Positions 13,001-28,000 of a stretch of DNA of 64,000 nucleotides are shown in pieces. The position numbers were made by a program, and so were the translations under genes. The stretch is from contig CM102285.1 in NCBI GenBank assembly GCA_046563655.1, positions 6,634,001 to 6,698,000 on the forward strand, given 5' to 3'. The DNA is from Yuukianura sp. NJ FZ-2021 (lineage: Eukaryota). The first letter of the stretch is position 1; every line of letters begins with the position of its first letter. The notes beneath the pieces were generated by a model that was not told where the DNA came from, did no database searches, and worked only from the letters and a program-made list of their open reading frames with translations.

Positions 13001-16000
13001 GATTTTTTGGTGAAAAATTGAGCTTGGAACACTTCAGATGGGCTTTCACAAGCATAATTTCGGTTTGCAATTTTGACATCTCAGATAGCCCAGAATGACT
13101 TTTTGGGGAGTTTTTAATGAAAAAAAATGATTTTTTGGTGAAAAATTGAGCTTGGAACACTTCAGATGGGCTTTCACAAGCATAATTTCGGTTTGCAATT
13201 TTGACATCTCAGATAGCCCAGAATGACTTTTTGGGGAGTTTTTAATGAAAAAAAATGATTTTTTGGTGAAAAATTGAGCTTGGAACACTTCAGATGGGCT
13301 TTCACAAGCATAATTTCGGTTTGCAATTTTGACATCTCAGATAGCCCAGAATGACTTTTTGGGAGTTTTTAATGAAAAAAAAATGATTTTTTGGTGAAAA
13401 ATTGATCTTGGAACGCTTCAGATGGGCTTTAACAAGCATAATTTCGGTTTGCAATTTTGACATCTCAGATAGCCCAGAATGACTTTTTGGGGAGTTTTTA
13501 ATGAAAAAAAATGATTTTTTGGTGAAAAATTGAGCTTGGAACACTTCAGATGGGCTTTCACAAGCATAATTTCGGTTTGCAATTTTGACATCTCAGATAG
13601 CCCAGAATGACTTTTTGGGAGTTTTTAATGAAAAAAAAATGATTTTTTGGTGAAAAATTGATCTTGGAACGCTTCAGATGGGCTTTAACAAGCATAATTT
13701 CGGTTTGCAATTTTGACATCTCAGATAGCCCAGAATGACTTTTTGGGGAGTTTTTAATGAAAAAAAATGATTTTTTGGTGAAAAATTGAGCTTGGAACAA
13801 TTCAGATGGGCTTTCACAAGCATAATTTCGGTTTGCAATTTTGACATCTCAGATAGCCCAGAATGACTTTTTGGGGAGTTTTTAATGAAAAAAAATGATT
13901 TTTTGGTGAAAAATTGAGCTTGGAACACTTCAGATGGGCTTTCACAAGCATAATTTCGGTTTGCAATTTTGACATCTCAGATAGCCCAGAATGACTTTTT
14001 TGTGAGTTTTAAATGAAAAAAAATGATTTTTTGGTGAAAAATTGAGCTTGGAACACTTCAGATGGGCTTTCACAAGCATAATTTCGGTTTGCAATTTTGA
14101 CATCTCAGATAGCCCAGAATGACTTTTTGGGAGTTTTTAATGAAAAAAAATGATTTTTTGGTGAAAAATTGAGCTTGGAACACTTCAGATGGGCTTTCAC
14201 AAGCATAATTTCGGTTTGCAATTTTGACATCTCAGATAGCCCAGAATGACTTTTTGGGAGTTTTTAATGAAAAAAAATGATTTTTTGGTGAAAAATTGAG
14301 CTTGGAACACTTCAGATGGGCTTTCACAAGCATAATTTCGGTTTGCAATTTTGACATCTCAGATAGCCCAGAATGACTTTTTGGGAGTTTTTAATGAAAA
14401 AAAATGATTTTTTGGTGAAAAATTGAGCTTGGAACACTTCAGATGGGCTTTTACAAGCATAATTTCGGTTTGCAATTTTGACATCTCAGATAGCCCAGAA
14501 TGACTTTTTGGGGAGTTTTTAATGAAAAAAAATGATTTTTTGGTGAAAAATTGAGCTTGGAACACTTCAGATGGGCTTTCACAAGCATAATTTCGGTTTG
14601 CAATTTTGACATCTCAGATAGCCCAGAATGACTTTTTGGGAGTTTTTAATGAAAAAAATGATTTTTTGGTGAAAAATTGAGCTTGGAACACTTCAGATGG
14701 GCTTTCACAAGCATAATTTCGGTTTGCAATTTTGACATCTCCGATAGCCCAGAATGACTTTTTTGGAGTTTTTAATGAAAAAAATGATTTTTTGGTGAAA
14801 AATTGAGCTTGGAACACTTCAGATGGGCTTTCACAAGCATAATATCGGATTGCAATTTTGACTCTTCAGATAGCCCAGAATGACTTTTTGGGGAGTTTTT
14901 AATGAAAAAATGGATTTTTTTGAGAAAAATTGAGTTTGGTACACTTCAGATGGGCTTTCTGAAGCAAAATATGGGTTTGCAATTTTGACTTCTCATATTG
15001 CCCAGAATGACTTTTTGGAGTTTTTAAAGGAAAAAAAATGATTTTTTGGTGAAAAATTGAGCTTGGAACACTTCAGATGGGCTTTCACAAGCATAATTTC
15101 GGTTTGCAATTTTGACATCTCAGATAGCCCAGAATGACTTTTTGGGGAGTTTTTAATGAAAAAAAATGATTTTTTGGTGAAAAATTGAGCTTGGAACACT
15201 TCAGATGGGCTTTCACAAGCATAATTTCGGTTTGCAATTTTGACATCTCAGATAGCCCAGAATGACTTTTTGGGAGTTTTTAATGAAAAAATGATTTTTT
15301 TTGAGAAAAATTGAGCTTGGAACAATTCAGATGGGCTTTCACAAGCATAATTTCGGTTTGCAATTTTGACATCTCAGATAGCCCAGAATGACTTTTTGGG
15401 AGTTTTTAAAGAAATAAAATGATTTTTTGGTGAAAAATTGAGCTTGGAACAATTGAGATGGGCTTTCACAAGCATAATTTCGGTTTGCAATTTTGACATC
15501 TCAGATAGCCCAGAATGACTTTTTGGGGAGTTTTTAATGAAAAAAAAAATGATTTTTTGGTGATAAAATTGAGCTTTGAACACTTCAGATGGGCTTTCAC
15601 AAGCATAATTTCGGTTTGCAATTTTGACATCTCAGATAGCCCAGAATGACTTTTTGGGGAGTTTTTAATGAAAAAAAATGATTTTTTGGTGAAAAATTGA
15701 GCTTGGAACACTTCAGATGGGCTTTCACAAGCATAATTTCGGTTTGCAATTTTGACATCTCAGATAGCCCAGAATGACTTTTTGGGGAGTTTTTAATGAA
15801 AAAAAAATGATTTTTTGGTGAAAAATTGAGCTTGGAACACTTCAGATGGGCTTTCACAAGCATAATTTCGGTTTGCAATTTTGACATCTGAGATAGCCCA
15901 GAATGACTTTTTGGAGAGTTTTTAATGAAAAAAAAAATGATTTTTTGGTGAAAAATTGAGCTTGGAACACTTCAGATGGGCTTTCACAAGCATAATTTCG

Positions 16001-19000
16001 GTTTGCAATTTTGACATCTCAGATAGCCCAGAATGACTTTTTGGGAGTTTTTAATGAAAAAAAAATGATTTTTTGGTGAAAAATTGAGCTTGGAACACTT
16101 CAGATGGGCTTTCGCAAGCATAATTTCGGTTTGCAATTTTGACATCTCAGATAGCCCAGAATGACTTTTTGGGGAGTTTTTAATGAAAAAAAATGATTTT
16201 TTGGTGAAAAATTGAGCTTGGAACAATTCAGATGGGCTTTCACAAGCATAATTTCGGTTTGCAATTTTGACATCTCAGATAGCCCAGAATGACTTTTTGG
16301 GGAGTTTTTAATGAAAAAAAAATGATTTTTTGGTGAAAAATTGAGCTTGGAACACTTCAGATGGGCTTTCACAAGCATAATTTCGGTTTGCAATTTTGAC
16401 ATCTCAGATAGCCCAGAATGACTTTTTGGGGAGTTTTTAATGAAAAAAAATGATTTTTTGGTGAAAAATTGAGCTTGGAACACTTCAGATGGGCTTTCAC
16501 AAGCATAATTTCGGTTTGCAATTTTGACATCTCAGATAGCCCAGAATGACTTTTTGGGGAGTTTTTAATGAAAAAAAATGATTTTTTGGTGAAAAATTGA
16601 GCTTGGAACACTTCAGATGGGCTTTCACAAGCATAATTTCGGTTTGCAATTTTGACATCTCAGATAGCCCAGAATGACTTTTTGGGAGTTTTTAATGAAA
16701 AAAAATGATTTTTTGGTGAAAAATTGAGCTTTGAACACTTCAGATGGGCTTTCACAAGCATAATTTCGGTTTGCAATTTTGACATCTCAGATAGCCCAGA
16801 ATGACTTTTTGGGAGTTTTTAATGAAAAAAAAATGATTTTTTGGTGAAAAATTGATCTTGGAACGCTTCAGATGGGCTTTAACAAGCATAATTTCGGTTT
16901 GCAATTTTGACATCTGAGATAGCCCAGAATGACTTTTTGGGGAGTTTTTAATGAAAAAAAATGATTTTTTGGTGAAAAATTGAGCTTGGAACACTTCAGA
17001 TGGGCTTTCACAAGCATAATTTCGGTTTGCAATTTTGACTTCACACATTGCCCAGAATGACTTTTTGGGGAGTTTTTAATGAAAAAAATGATTTTTTGGT
17101 GAAAAATTGAGCTTGGAACACTTCAGATGGGCTTTCACAAGCATAATTTCGGTTTGCAATTTTGACATCTCAGATAGCCCAGAATGACTTTTTGGGAGTT
17201 TTTAATGAAAAAAAAATGATTTTTTGGTGAAAAATTGAGCTTGGAACACTTCAGATGGGCTTTCACAAGCATAATTTCGGTTTGCAATTTTGACATCTCA
17301 GATAGCCCAGAATGACTTTTGGAGAGTTTTTAATGAAAAAAAAAATGATTTTTTGGTGAAAAATTGAGCTTGGAACACTTCAGATGGGCTTTCACAAGCA
17401 TAATTTCGGTTTGCAATTTTGACATCTCAGATAGCCCAGAATGACTTTTTGGGAGTTTTTAATGAAAAAAAATGATTTTTTGGTGAAAAATTGAGCTTGG
17501 AACACTTCAGATGGGCTTTCACAAGCATAATTTCGGTTTGCAATTTTGACATCTCAGATAGCCCAGAATGACTTTTTGGGGAGTTTTTAATGAAAAAAAA
17601 TGATTTTTTGGTGAAAAATTGAGCTTGGAACACTTCAGATGGGCTTTCACAAGCATAATTTCGGTTTGCAATTTTGACATCTGAGATAGCCCAGAATGAC
17701 TTTTTGGGGAGTTTTTAATGAAAAAAAAATGATTTTTTGGTGAAAAATTGAGCTTGGAACACTTCAGATGGGCTTTCACAAGCATAATTTCGGTTTGCAA
17801 TTTTGACATCTCAGATAGCCCAGAATGACTTTTTGGGGAGTTTTTAATGAAAAAAAAATGATTTTTTGGGGAAAAATTGAGCTTGGAACAATTCAGATGG
17901 GCTTTCACAAGCATAATTTCGGTTTGCAATTTTGACATCTCCGATAGCCCAGAATGACTTTTTTGGAGTTTTTAAAGAAAAAAAAAATGATTTTTTGGTG
18001 AAAAATTGAGCTTTGAACACTTCAGATGGGCTTTCACAAGCATAATTTCGGTTTGCAATTTTGACATCTGAGATAGCCCAGAATGACTTTTTTGGAGTTT
18101 TTAACAGAAAAAAATGATTTTTTGGTGAAAAATTGAGCTTGGAACACTTCAGATGGGCTTTCACAAGCATAATTTCGGTTTGCAATTTTGACATCTCAGA
18201 TAGCCCAGAATGACTTTTTGGGGAGTTTTTAATGAAAAAAATGATTTTTTGGTGAAAAATTGAGCTTGGAACACTTCAGATGGGCTTTCGCAAGCATAAT
18301 TTCGGTTTGCAATTCGACATCTCAGATACCCTAGAATGACTTTTTGAGGAGTTTTTAATGAAAAAAATGATTTTTTGGTGAAAAATTGAGCTTGGAACAC
18401 TTCAGATGGGCTTTCACAAGCATAATTTCGGTTTGCAATTTTGACATCTCAGATAGCCCAGAATGACTTTTTGGGAGTTTTTAATGTAAAAAAAATGATT
18501 TTTTGGTGAAAAATTGAGCTTGGAACACTTCAGATGGGCTTTCACAAGCATAATTTCGGTTTGCAATTTTGACATCTCAGATAGCCCAGAATGACTTTTT
18601 GGGGAGTTTTTAATGAAAAAAAAATGATTTTTTGGTGAAAAATTGAGCTTGGAACACTTCAGATGGGCTTTCACAAGCATAATTTCGGTTTGCAATTTTG
18701 ACATCTCAGATAGCCCAGAATGACTTTTTGGGGAGTTTTTAATGAAAAAAAAATGATTTTTTGGTGAAAAATTGAGCTTGGAACACTTCAGATGGGCTTT
18801 CACAAGCATAATTTCGGTTTGCAATTTTGACATCTCAGATAGCCCAGAATGACTTTTTTGGAGTTTTTAAAGAAAAAAAAAATGATTTTTTGGTGAAAAA
18901 TTGAGCTTTGAACACTTCAGATGGGCTTTCGCAAGCATAATTTCGGTTTGCAATTTTGACATCTGAGATAGCCCAGAATGACTTTTTGGGGAGTTTTTAA

Positions 19001-22000
19001 TGAAAAAAAAAATGATTTTTTGGTGAAAAATTGAGCTTGGAACACTTCAGATGGGCTTTCACAAGCATAATTTCGGTTTGCAATTTTGACATCTCCGATA
19101 GCCCAGAATGACTTTTTGAAGAGTTTTTAATGAAAAAAAAAATGATTTTTTGGTGAAAAATTGAGCTTGGAACACTTCAGATGGGCTTTCACAAGCATAA
19201 TTTCGGTTTGCAATTTTGACATCTCAGATAGCCCAGAATGACTTTTTGGGGAGTTTTTAATGAAAAAAAATGATTTTTTGGTGAAAATTGAGCTTGGAAC
19301 ACTTCAGATGGGCTTTCACAAGCATAATTTCGGTTTGCAATTTTGACATCTCAGATAGCCCAGAATGACTTTTTGGGGAGTTTTTAATGAAAAAAAAATG
19401 ATTTTTTGGTGAAAAATTGAGCTTGGAACACTTCAGATGGGCTTTCACAAGCATAATTTCGGTTTGATATTTGGCATATCAGATAGCCCATAATGACTTT
19501 TTGAGGAGTTTTTAATGAAAAAAAATGATTTTTTGGTGAAAAATTGAGCTTTGAACACTTCAGATGGGCTTTCACAAGCATAATTTCGGTTTGCAATTTT
19601 GACATCTGAGATAGCCCAGAATGACTTTTTGGGGAGTTTTTAATGAAAAAAAATGATTTTTTGGTGAAAATTGAGCTTGGAACAATTCAGATGGGCTTTC
19701 ACAAACATAATTTCGGTTTGCAATTTTGACATCTCAGATAGCCCAGATTGACTTTTTGGGGAGTTTTTAATGAAAAAAAAATGATTTTTTGGGGAAAAAT
19801 TGAGCTTGGAACAGTTCAGATGGGCTTTCACAAGCATAATTTCGGTTTGCAATTTTGACATCTCAGATAGCCCAGAATGACTTTTTGGGGAGTTTTTAAT
19901 GAAAAAATGGATTTTTTTAAGAAAAATTGAGCTTGGAACACTTCAGATGGGCTTTCTGAAGCATAATTTCGGTTTGCAATTTTGACATCTCAGATAGCCC
20001 AGAATGACTTTTGGGGAGTTTTTAAAAAAAAAATGATTTTTTGGTGAAAAATTGAGCTTGGAACACTTCAGATGGGCTTTCACAAGCATAATTTCGGTTT
20101 GCAATTTTGACATGTCAGATAGCCCAGAATGACTTTTTGTGGAGTTTTTAATGAAAAAAAATGATTTTTTGACAAAAATTGAGCTTGGAACACTTCAGAT
20201 GGGCTTTCACAAGCATAATTTCGGTTTGCAATTTTGACATCTCAGATAGCCCAGAATGACTTTTTGGGGAGTTTTTAATGAAAACAAAATGATTTTTTGG
20301 TGAAAAATTGAGCTTGGAACACTTCAGATGGGCCTTCACAAGCATAATTTCGGTTACAATTTTGACTCCTCAGATAGCCCAGAATGACTTTTTGAAGAGT
20401 ATTTAATGAAAAAAAAATGATTTTTTGGTGAAAAATTGAGCTTTGAACACTTCAGATGGGCTTTCACAAGCATAATTTCGGTTTGCAATTTTGACATCTC
20501 AGATAGCCCAGAATGACTTTTTGGGGAGTTTTTAATGAAAAAAAATGATTTTTTGGTGAAAAATTGAGCTTGGAACACTTCAGATGGGCTTTTACAAGCA
20601 TAATATCGGTTTGCAATTTTGACTCTTCAGATAGCCCAGAATGACTTTTTGGGGAGTTTTTAATGAAAAAATGGATTTTTTTGAGAAAAATTGAGTTTGG
20701 TACACTTCAGATGGGCTTTCTGAAGCAAAATATGGGTTTGCAATTTTGACTTCACACATTGCCCAGAATGAGTTTTTGTGGAGTTTTTAAAGAAATAAAA
20801 TGATTTTTTGGTGAAAAATTGAGCTTTGAACACTTCAGATGGGCTTTCACAAGCATAATTTCGGTTTGCAATTTTGACATCTCAGATAGCCCAGAATGAC
20901 TTTTTGAGGAGTTTTTAATGAAAAAAAAATGATTTTTTGGTGAAAAATTGAGCTTAAAACACTTCAGATGGGCTTTCACAAGCATAATTTCGGTTTGCAA
21001 TTTTGACATATCAGATAGCCCAGAATGACTTTTTGAGGAGTTTTTAATGAAAAAAAATGATTTTTTGGTGAAAAATTGATCTTGGAACACTACAGATGGG
21101 CTTTCACAAGCATAATTTCGGTTTGCAATTTTGACATCTCAGATAGCCCAGAATGACTTTTTGGGGAGTTTTTAATGAAAAAAAATGATTTTTTGGTGAA
21201 AAATTGAGCTTGGAACACTTCAGATGGGCTTTCACAAGCATAATTTCGGTTTGCAATTTTGACATCTCAGATAGCCCAGAATGACTTTTGGAGAGTTTTT
21301 AATGAAAAAAAATGATTTTTTGGTGAAAAATTGATCTTTGGAACACTTCAGATGGGCTTTCACAAGCATAATTTCGGTTTGCAATTTTGACATCTCAGAT
21401 AGCCCAGAATGACTTTTGGGGAGTTTTTAATGAAAAAAATGATTTTTTGGTGAAAAATTGAGCTTGGAACACTTCAGATGGGCTTTCACAAGCATAATTT
21501 CGGTTTGCAATTTTGACATCTCAGATAGCCCAGAATGACTTTTTGGGAGTTTTTAATGAAAAATGATTTTTTGGTAAAAAATTGAGCTTGGAACACTTCA
21601 GATGGGCTTTCACAAGCATAATTTCGGTTTGCAATTTTGACATCTCAGATAGCCCAGAATGACTTTTTGGGAGTTTTTAATGAAAAAAAATGATTTTTTG
21701 GTGAAAAATTGAGCTTTGGAACACTTCAGATGGGCTTTCACAAGCATAATTTCGGTTTGCAATTTTGACATCTCAGATAGCCCAGAATGACTTTTTGGGG
21801 AGTTTTTAATGAAAAAAAATGATTTTTTGGTGAAAAATTGAGCTTGGAACACTTCAGATGGGCTTTCACAAGCATAATTTCGGTTTGCAATTTTGACATG
21901 TCAGATAGCCCAGAATGACTTTTTGAGGAGTTTTTAATGAAAAAAATGATTTTTTGGTGAAAAATTGAGCTTGGAACACTTCAGATGGGCTTTCACAAGC

Positions 22001-25000
22001 ATAATTTCGGTTTGCAATTTTGACATCTCAGATAGCCCAGAATGACTTTTTGGGGAGTTTTTAATGAAAAAAAATGATTTTTTGGTGATAAAATTGAGCT
22101 TTGAACACTTCAGATGGGCTTTCACAAGCATAATTTCGGTTTGCAATTTTGACATCTCAGATAGCCCAGAATGACTTTTTGGGAGTTTTTAATGAAAAAA
22201 AAATGATTTTTTTGGTGAAAAATTGAGCTTGGAACACTTCAGATGGGCTTTCACAAGCATAATTTCGGTTTGCAATTTTGACTCCTGAGATAGCCCAGAA
22301 TGACTTTTTGGTGAGTTTTTAATGAAAAAATGGATTTTTTGGTGAAAAATTGAGCTTGGAACACTTCAGATGGGCTTTCACAAACATAATTTCGGTTTGC
22401 AATTTTGACATCTCAGATAGCCCAGAATGACTTTTTGGGGAGTTTTTAATGAAAAAAAATGATTTTTTGGTGAAAAATTGAGCTTAAAACACTTCAGATG
22501 GGCTTTCACAAGCATAATTTCGGTTTGCAATTTTGACATATCAGATAGCCCAGAATGACTTTTTGAGGAGTTTTTAATGAAAAAAAAATGATTTTTTGGT
22601 GAAAAATTGAGCTTTGAACACTTCAGATGGGCTTTCACAAGCATAATTTCGGTTTGCAATTTTGACATCTGAGATAGCCCAGAATGACTTTTTGGGGAGT
22701 TTTTAATGAAAAAATGGATTTTTTTGAGAAAAATTGAGCTTGGAACACTTCAGATGGGCTTTCACAAGCATAATTTCGGTTTGCAATTTTGACATCTCAG
22801 ATAGCCCAGAATGACTTTTTGGGGAGTTTTTAATGAAAAAAAATGATTTTTTGGTGAAAAATTGAGCTTGGAACACTTCAGATGGGCTTTCACAAGCATA
22901 ATTTCGGTTTGCAATTTTGACATCTCAGATAGCCCAGAATGACTTTTTGGGGAGTTTTTAATGAAAAAAAAATGATTTTTTGGTGAAAAATTGAGCTTGG
23001 AACACTTCAGATGGGCTTTCACAAGCATAATTTCGGTTTGCAATTTTGACATCTCCGATAGCCCAGAATGACTTTTTGGAGTTTTTAAAGAAAAAAAAAT
23101 GATTTTTTGGTGAAAAATTGAGCTTTGAACACTTCAGATGGGCTTTCACAAGCATAATTTCGGTTTGCAATTTTGACATCTCAGATAGCCCAGAATGACT
23201 TTTTGGGGAGTTTTTAATGAAAAAATGGATTTTTTTGAGAAAAATTGAGTTTGGTACACTTCAGATGGGCTTTCACAAGCATAATTTCGGTTTGCAATTT
23301 TGACATCTCAGATAGCCCAGAATGACTTTTTGGGGAGTTTTTAATGAAAAAAAATGATTTTTTGGTGAAAAATTGAGCTTGGAACACTTCAGATGGGCTT
23401 TCACAAGCATAATTTCGGTTTGCAATTTTGACATCTCAGATAGCCCAGAATGACTTTTTGGGGAGTTTTTAATGAAAAAAAATGATTTTTTGGTGATAAA
23501 ATTGAGCTTGGAACACTTCAGATGGGCTTTCGCAAGCATAATTTCGGTTTGCAATTTTGACATCTCAGATAGCCCAGAATGACTTTTTTGGGAGTTTTTA
23601 TAGAAAAAAAATGATTTTTTGGTGAAAAATTGAGCTTTGAACACTTCAGATGGGCTTTCACAAGCATAATTTCGGTTTGCAATTTTGACATCTGAGATAG
23701 CCCAGAATGACTTTTTGGGGAGTTTTTAATGAAAAAAAATGATTTTTTGGTGAAAAATTGAGCTTGGAACACTTCAGATGGGCTTTCACAAGCATAATTT
23801 CGGTTTGCAATTTTGACATCTCAGATAGCCCAGAATGACTTTTGGGGAGTTTTTAATGAAAAAAATGATTTTTTGGTGAAAAATTGAGCTTTGAACACTT
23901 CAGATGGGCTTTCACAAGCATAATTTCGGTTTGCAATTTTGACATCTCAGATAGCCCAGAATGACTTTTTGGGAGTTTTTAATGAAAAAAAATGATTTTT
24001 TGGTGAAAAATTGAGCTTGGAACACTTCAGATGGGCTTTCGCAAGCATAATTTCGGTTTGATATTTGGCATATCAGATAGCCCAGAATGACTTTTTGAGG
24101 AGTTTTTAATGAAAAAAAATGATTTTTTGGTGAAAAATTGAGCTTGGAACACTTCAGATGGGCTTTCACAAGCATAATTTCGGTTTGCAATTTTGACATC
24201 TCAGATAGCCCAGAATGACTTTTTGGGAGTTTTTAATGAAAAAAAATGATTTTTTGGTGAAAAATTGAGCTTGGAACACTTCAGATGGGCTTTCACAAGC
24301 ATAATTTCGGTTTGCAATTTTGACATCTCAGATAGCCCAGAATGACTTTTTGGGGAGTTTTTAATGAAAAAAAAATGATTTTTTGGTGATAAAATTGAGC
24401 TTTGAACACTTCAGATGGGCTTTCACAAGCATAATTTCGGTTTGCAATTTTGACATCTCAGATAGCCCAGAATGACTTTTTGGGAGTTTTTAATGAAAAA
24501 AAAAATGATTTTTTGGTGAAAAATTGAGCTTGGAACACTTCAGATGGGCTTTCACAAGCATAATTTCGGTTTGCAATTTTGACATCTGAGATAGCCCAGA
24601 ATGACTTTTTGGGGAGTTTTTAATGAAAAAAAATGATTTTTTGGTGAAAAATTGAGCTTGGAACAATTCAGATGGGCTTTCACAAACATAATTTCGGTTT
24701 GCAATTTTGACATCTCAGATAGCCCAGAATGACTTTTTGGGAGTTTTTAATGAAAAAAAAATGATTTTTTGGTGAAAAATTGAGCTTGGAACACTTCAGA
24801 TGGGCTTTCACAAGCATAATTTCGGTTTGCAATTTTGACATCTCAGATAGCCCAGAATGACTTTTTGGGAGTTTTTAATGAAAAAAATGATTTTTTGGAG
24901 AAAAATTGAGCTTGGAACACTTCAGATGGGCTTTCACAAGCATAATTTCGGTTTGATATTTGGCATATCAGATAGCCCATAATGACTTTTTGAGGAGTTT

Positions 25001-28000
25001 TTAATGAAAAAAAATGATTTTTTGGTGAAAAATTGAGCTTGGAACACTTCAGATGGGCTTTCACAAGCATAATTTCGGTTTGCAATTTTGACATCTCAGA
25101 TAGCCCAGAATGACTTTTTGGGGAGTTTTTAATGAAAAAAAAATGATTTTTTGGTGAAAAATTGAGCTTGGAACACTTCAGATGGGCTTTCACAAGCATA
25201 ATTTCGGTTTGCAATTTTGACATCTCAGATAGCCCAGAATGACTTTTTGAGGAGTTTTTAATGAAAAAAAATGATTTTTTGGTGATAAAATTGAGCTTGG
25301 AACACTTCAGATGGGCTTTCTGAAGCAAAATATGGGTTTGCAATTTTGACTTCACACATTGCCCAGAATGACTTTTTGTGGAGTTTTTAATGAAGAAAAT
25401 GGATTTTTTTTTAGAAAACTTGAGCTTTGTACACTTCAGATGGGCGTTCAGAAGCATAATATCGGATTGCAATTTTGACTTCACACATTGCCCAGAATGA
25501 CTTTTTGGGGAGTTTTTAATGAAAAAATGATTTTTTTTGAGAAAAATTGAGTTTGGTACACTTCAGATGGGCTTTCTGAAGCAAAATATGGGTTTGCAAT
25601 TTTGACTTCACACATTGCCCAGAATGACTTTTTGGGGAGTTTTTAATGAAAAAATGGATTTTTTTGAGAAAAATTGAGTTTGGTACACTTCAGATGGGCT
25701 TTCTGAAGCAAAATATGGGTTTGCAATTTTGACATCTCCGATAGCCCAGAATGACTTTTTTAGGAGTTTTTAATGAAAAAAAATGATTTTTTGGTGAAAA
25801 ATTGAGCTTGGAACACTTCAGATGGGCTTTCACAAGCATAATTTCGGTTTGCAATTTTGAATTATCAGATAGCCCAGAATGACTTTTTGTGGAGTTTTTA
25901 ATGAAAAAAATGATTTTTTGGTGAAAATTGAGCTTGGAACAATTCAGATGGGCTTTCACAAACATAATTTCGGTTTGCAATTTTGACATCTCAGATAGCC
26001 CAGATTGACTTTTTGGGGAGTTTTTAATGAAAAAAAAATGATTTTTTGGGGAAAAATTGAGCTTGGAACACTTCAGATGGGCTTTCACAAGCATAATTTC
26101 GGTTTGCAATTTTGACATCTGAGATAGCCCAGAATGACTTTTTGGGGAGTTTTTAATGAAAAAAAAATGATTTTTTGGTGATAAAATTGAGCTTTGAACA
26201 CTTCAGATGGGCTTTCACAAGCATAATTTCGGTTTGCAATTTTGACATCTCAGATAGCCCAGAATGACTTTTTTGGAGTTTTTAAAGAAAAAAAAAATGA
26301 TTTTTTGGTAAAAAATTGAGCTTGGAACACTTCAGATGGGCTTTCACAAGCATAATTTCGGTTTGCAATTTTGACATCTCAGATAGCCCAGAATGACTTT
26401 TGGGGAGTTTTTAATGAAAAAAATGATTTTTTGGTGAAAAATTGAGCTTGGAACACTTCAGATGGGCTTTCACAAGCATTCTTTCGGTTTGCAATTTTGC
26501 CATCTCAGATAGCCCAGAATGACTTTTGGAGAGTTTTTAATGAAAAAAAATGATTTTTTGGTGAAAAATTGAGCTTGGAACACTACAGATGGGCTTTCAC
26601 AAGCATAATTTCGGTTTGCAATTTTGACATCTCAGATAGCCCAGAATGACTTTTTGGGAGTTTTTAATGAAAAAAATGATTTTTTGGTGAAAATTGAGCT
26701 TGGAACAATTCAGATGGGCTTTCACAAGCATAATTTCGGTTTGCAATTTTGACATCTCAGATAGCCCAGAATGACTTTTTGGGGAGTTTTTAATGAAAAA
26801 AAATGATTTTTTGGTGAAAAATTGAGCTTGGAACACTTCAGATGGGCTTTCACAAGCATAATTTCGGTTTGCAATTTTGACATCTCAGATAGCCCAGAAT
26901 GACTTTTTGGGGAGTTTTTAATGAAAAAAAATGATTTTTTGGTGAAAAATTGAGCTAGGAACACTTCAGATGGGCTTTCACAAGCATAATTTCGGTTTGC
27001 AATTTTGACATCTGAGATAGCCCAGAATGACTTTTTGGGGAGTTTTTAATGAAAAAAAATGATTTTTTGGTGAAAAATTGAGCTTGGAACACTTCAGATG
27101 GGCTTTCACAAGCATATTTTCGGTTTGCAATTTTGACTCCTCGGATATCCCAGAATGACTTTTTGGGGAGTTTTTAATGAAAAAAATGATTTTTTGGTGA
27201 AAAATTGAGCTTGGAACACTTCAGATGGGCTTTCACAAGCATAATTTCGGTTTGCAATTTTGACATCTGAGATAGCCCAGAATGACTTTTTGGGGAGTTT
27301 TTAATGAAAAAATGGATTTTTTTGAGAAAAATTGAGCTTGGAACACTTCAGATGGGCTTTCACAAGCATAATTTCGGTTTGCAATTTTGACATCTCAGAT
27401 AGCCCAGAATGACTTTTTGGGGAGTTTTTAATGAAAAAAAAATGATTTTTTGGTGATAAAATTGAGCTTTGGAACACTTCAGATGGGCTTTCACAAGCAT
27501 AATTTCGGTTTGCAATTTTGACATCTCCGATAGCCCAGAATGACTTTTTGGGAGTTTTTAATGAAAAAAAATGATTTTTTGGTGAAAAATTGAGTTTGGT
27601 ACACTTCAGATGGGCTTTCTGAAGCATAATATCGGATTGCAATTTTGACTTCACACATTGCCCAGAATGACTTTTTGTGGAGTTTTTAATGAAGAAAATG
27701 GATTTTTTTTTAGAAAACTTGAGCTTTGTACACTTCAGATGGGCTTTCAGAAGCATAATATCGGATTGCAATTTTGACTCTTCAGATAGCCCAGAATGAC
27801 TTTTTGGGGAGTTTTTAATGAAAAAAAAATGATTTTTTGGTGAAAAATTGAGCTTGGAACACTTCAGATGGGCTTTCACAAGCATAATTTCGGTTTGATA
27901 TTTGGCATATCAGATAGCCCATAATGACTTTTTGAGGAGTTTTTAATGAAAAAAAATGATTTTTTGGTGAAAAATTGAGCTTTGAACACTTCAGATGGGC

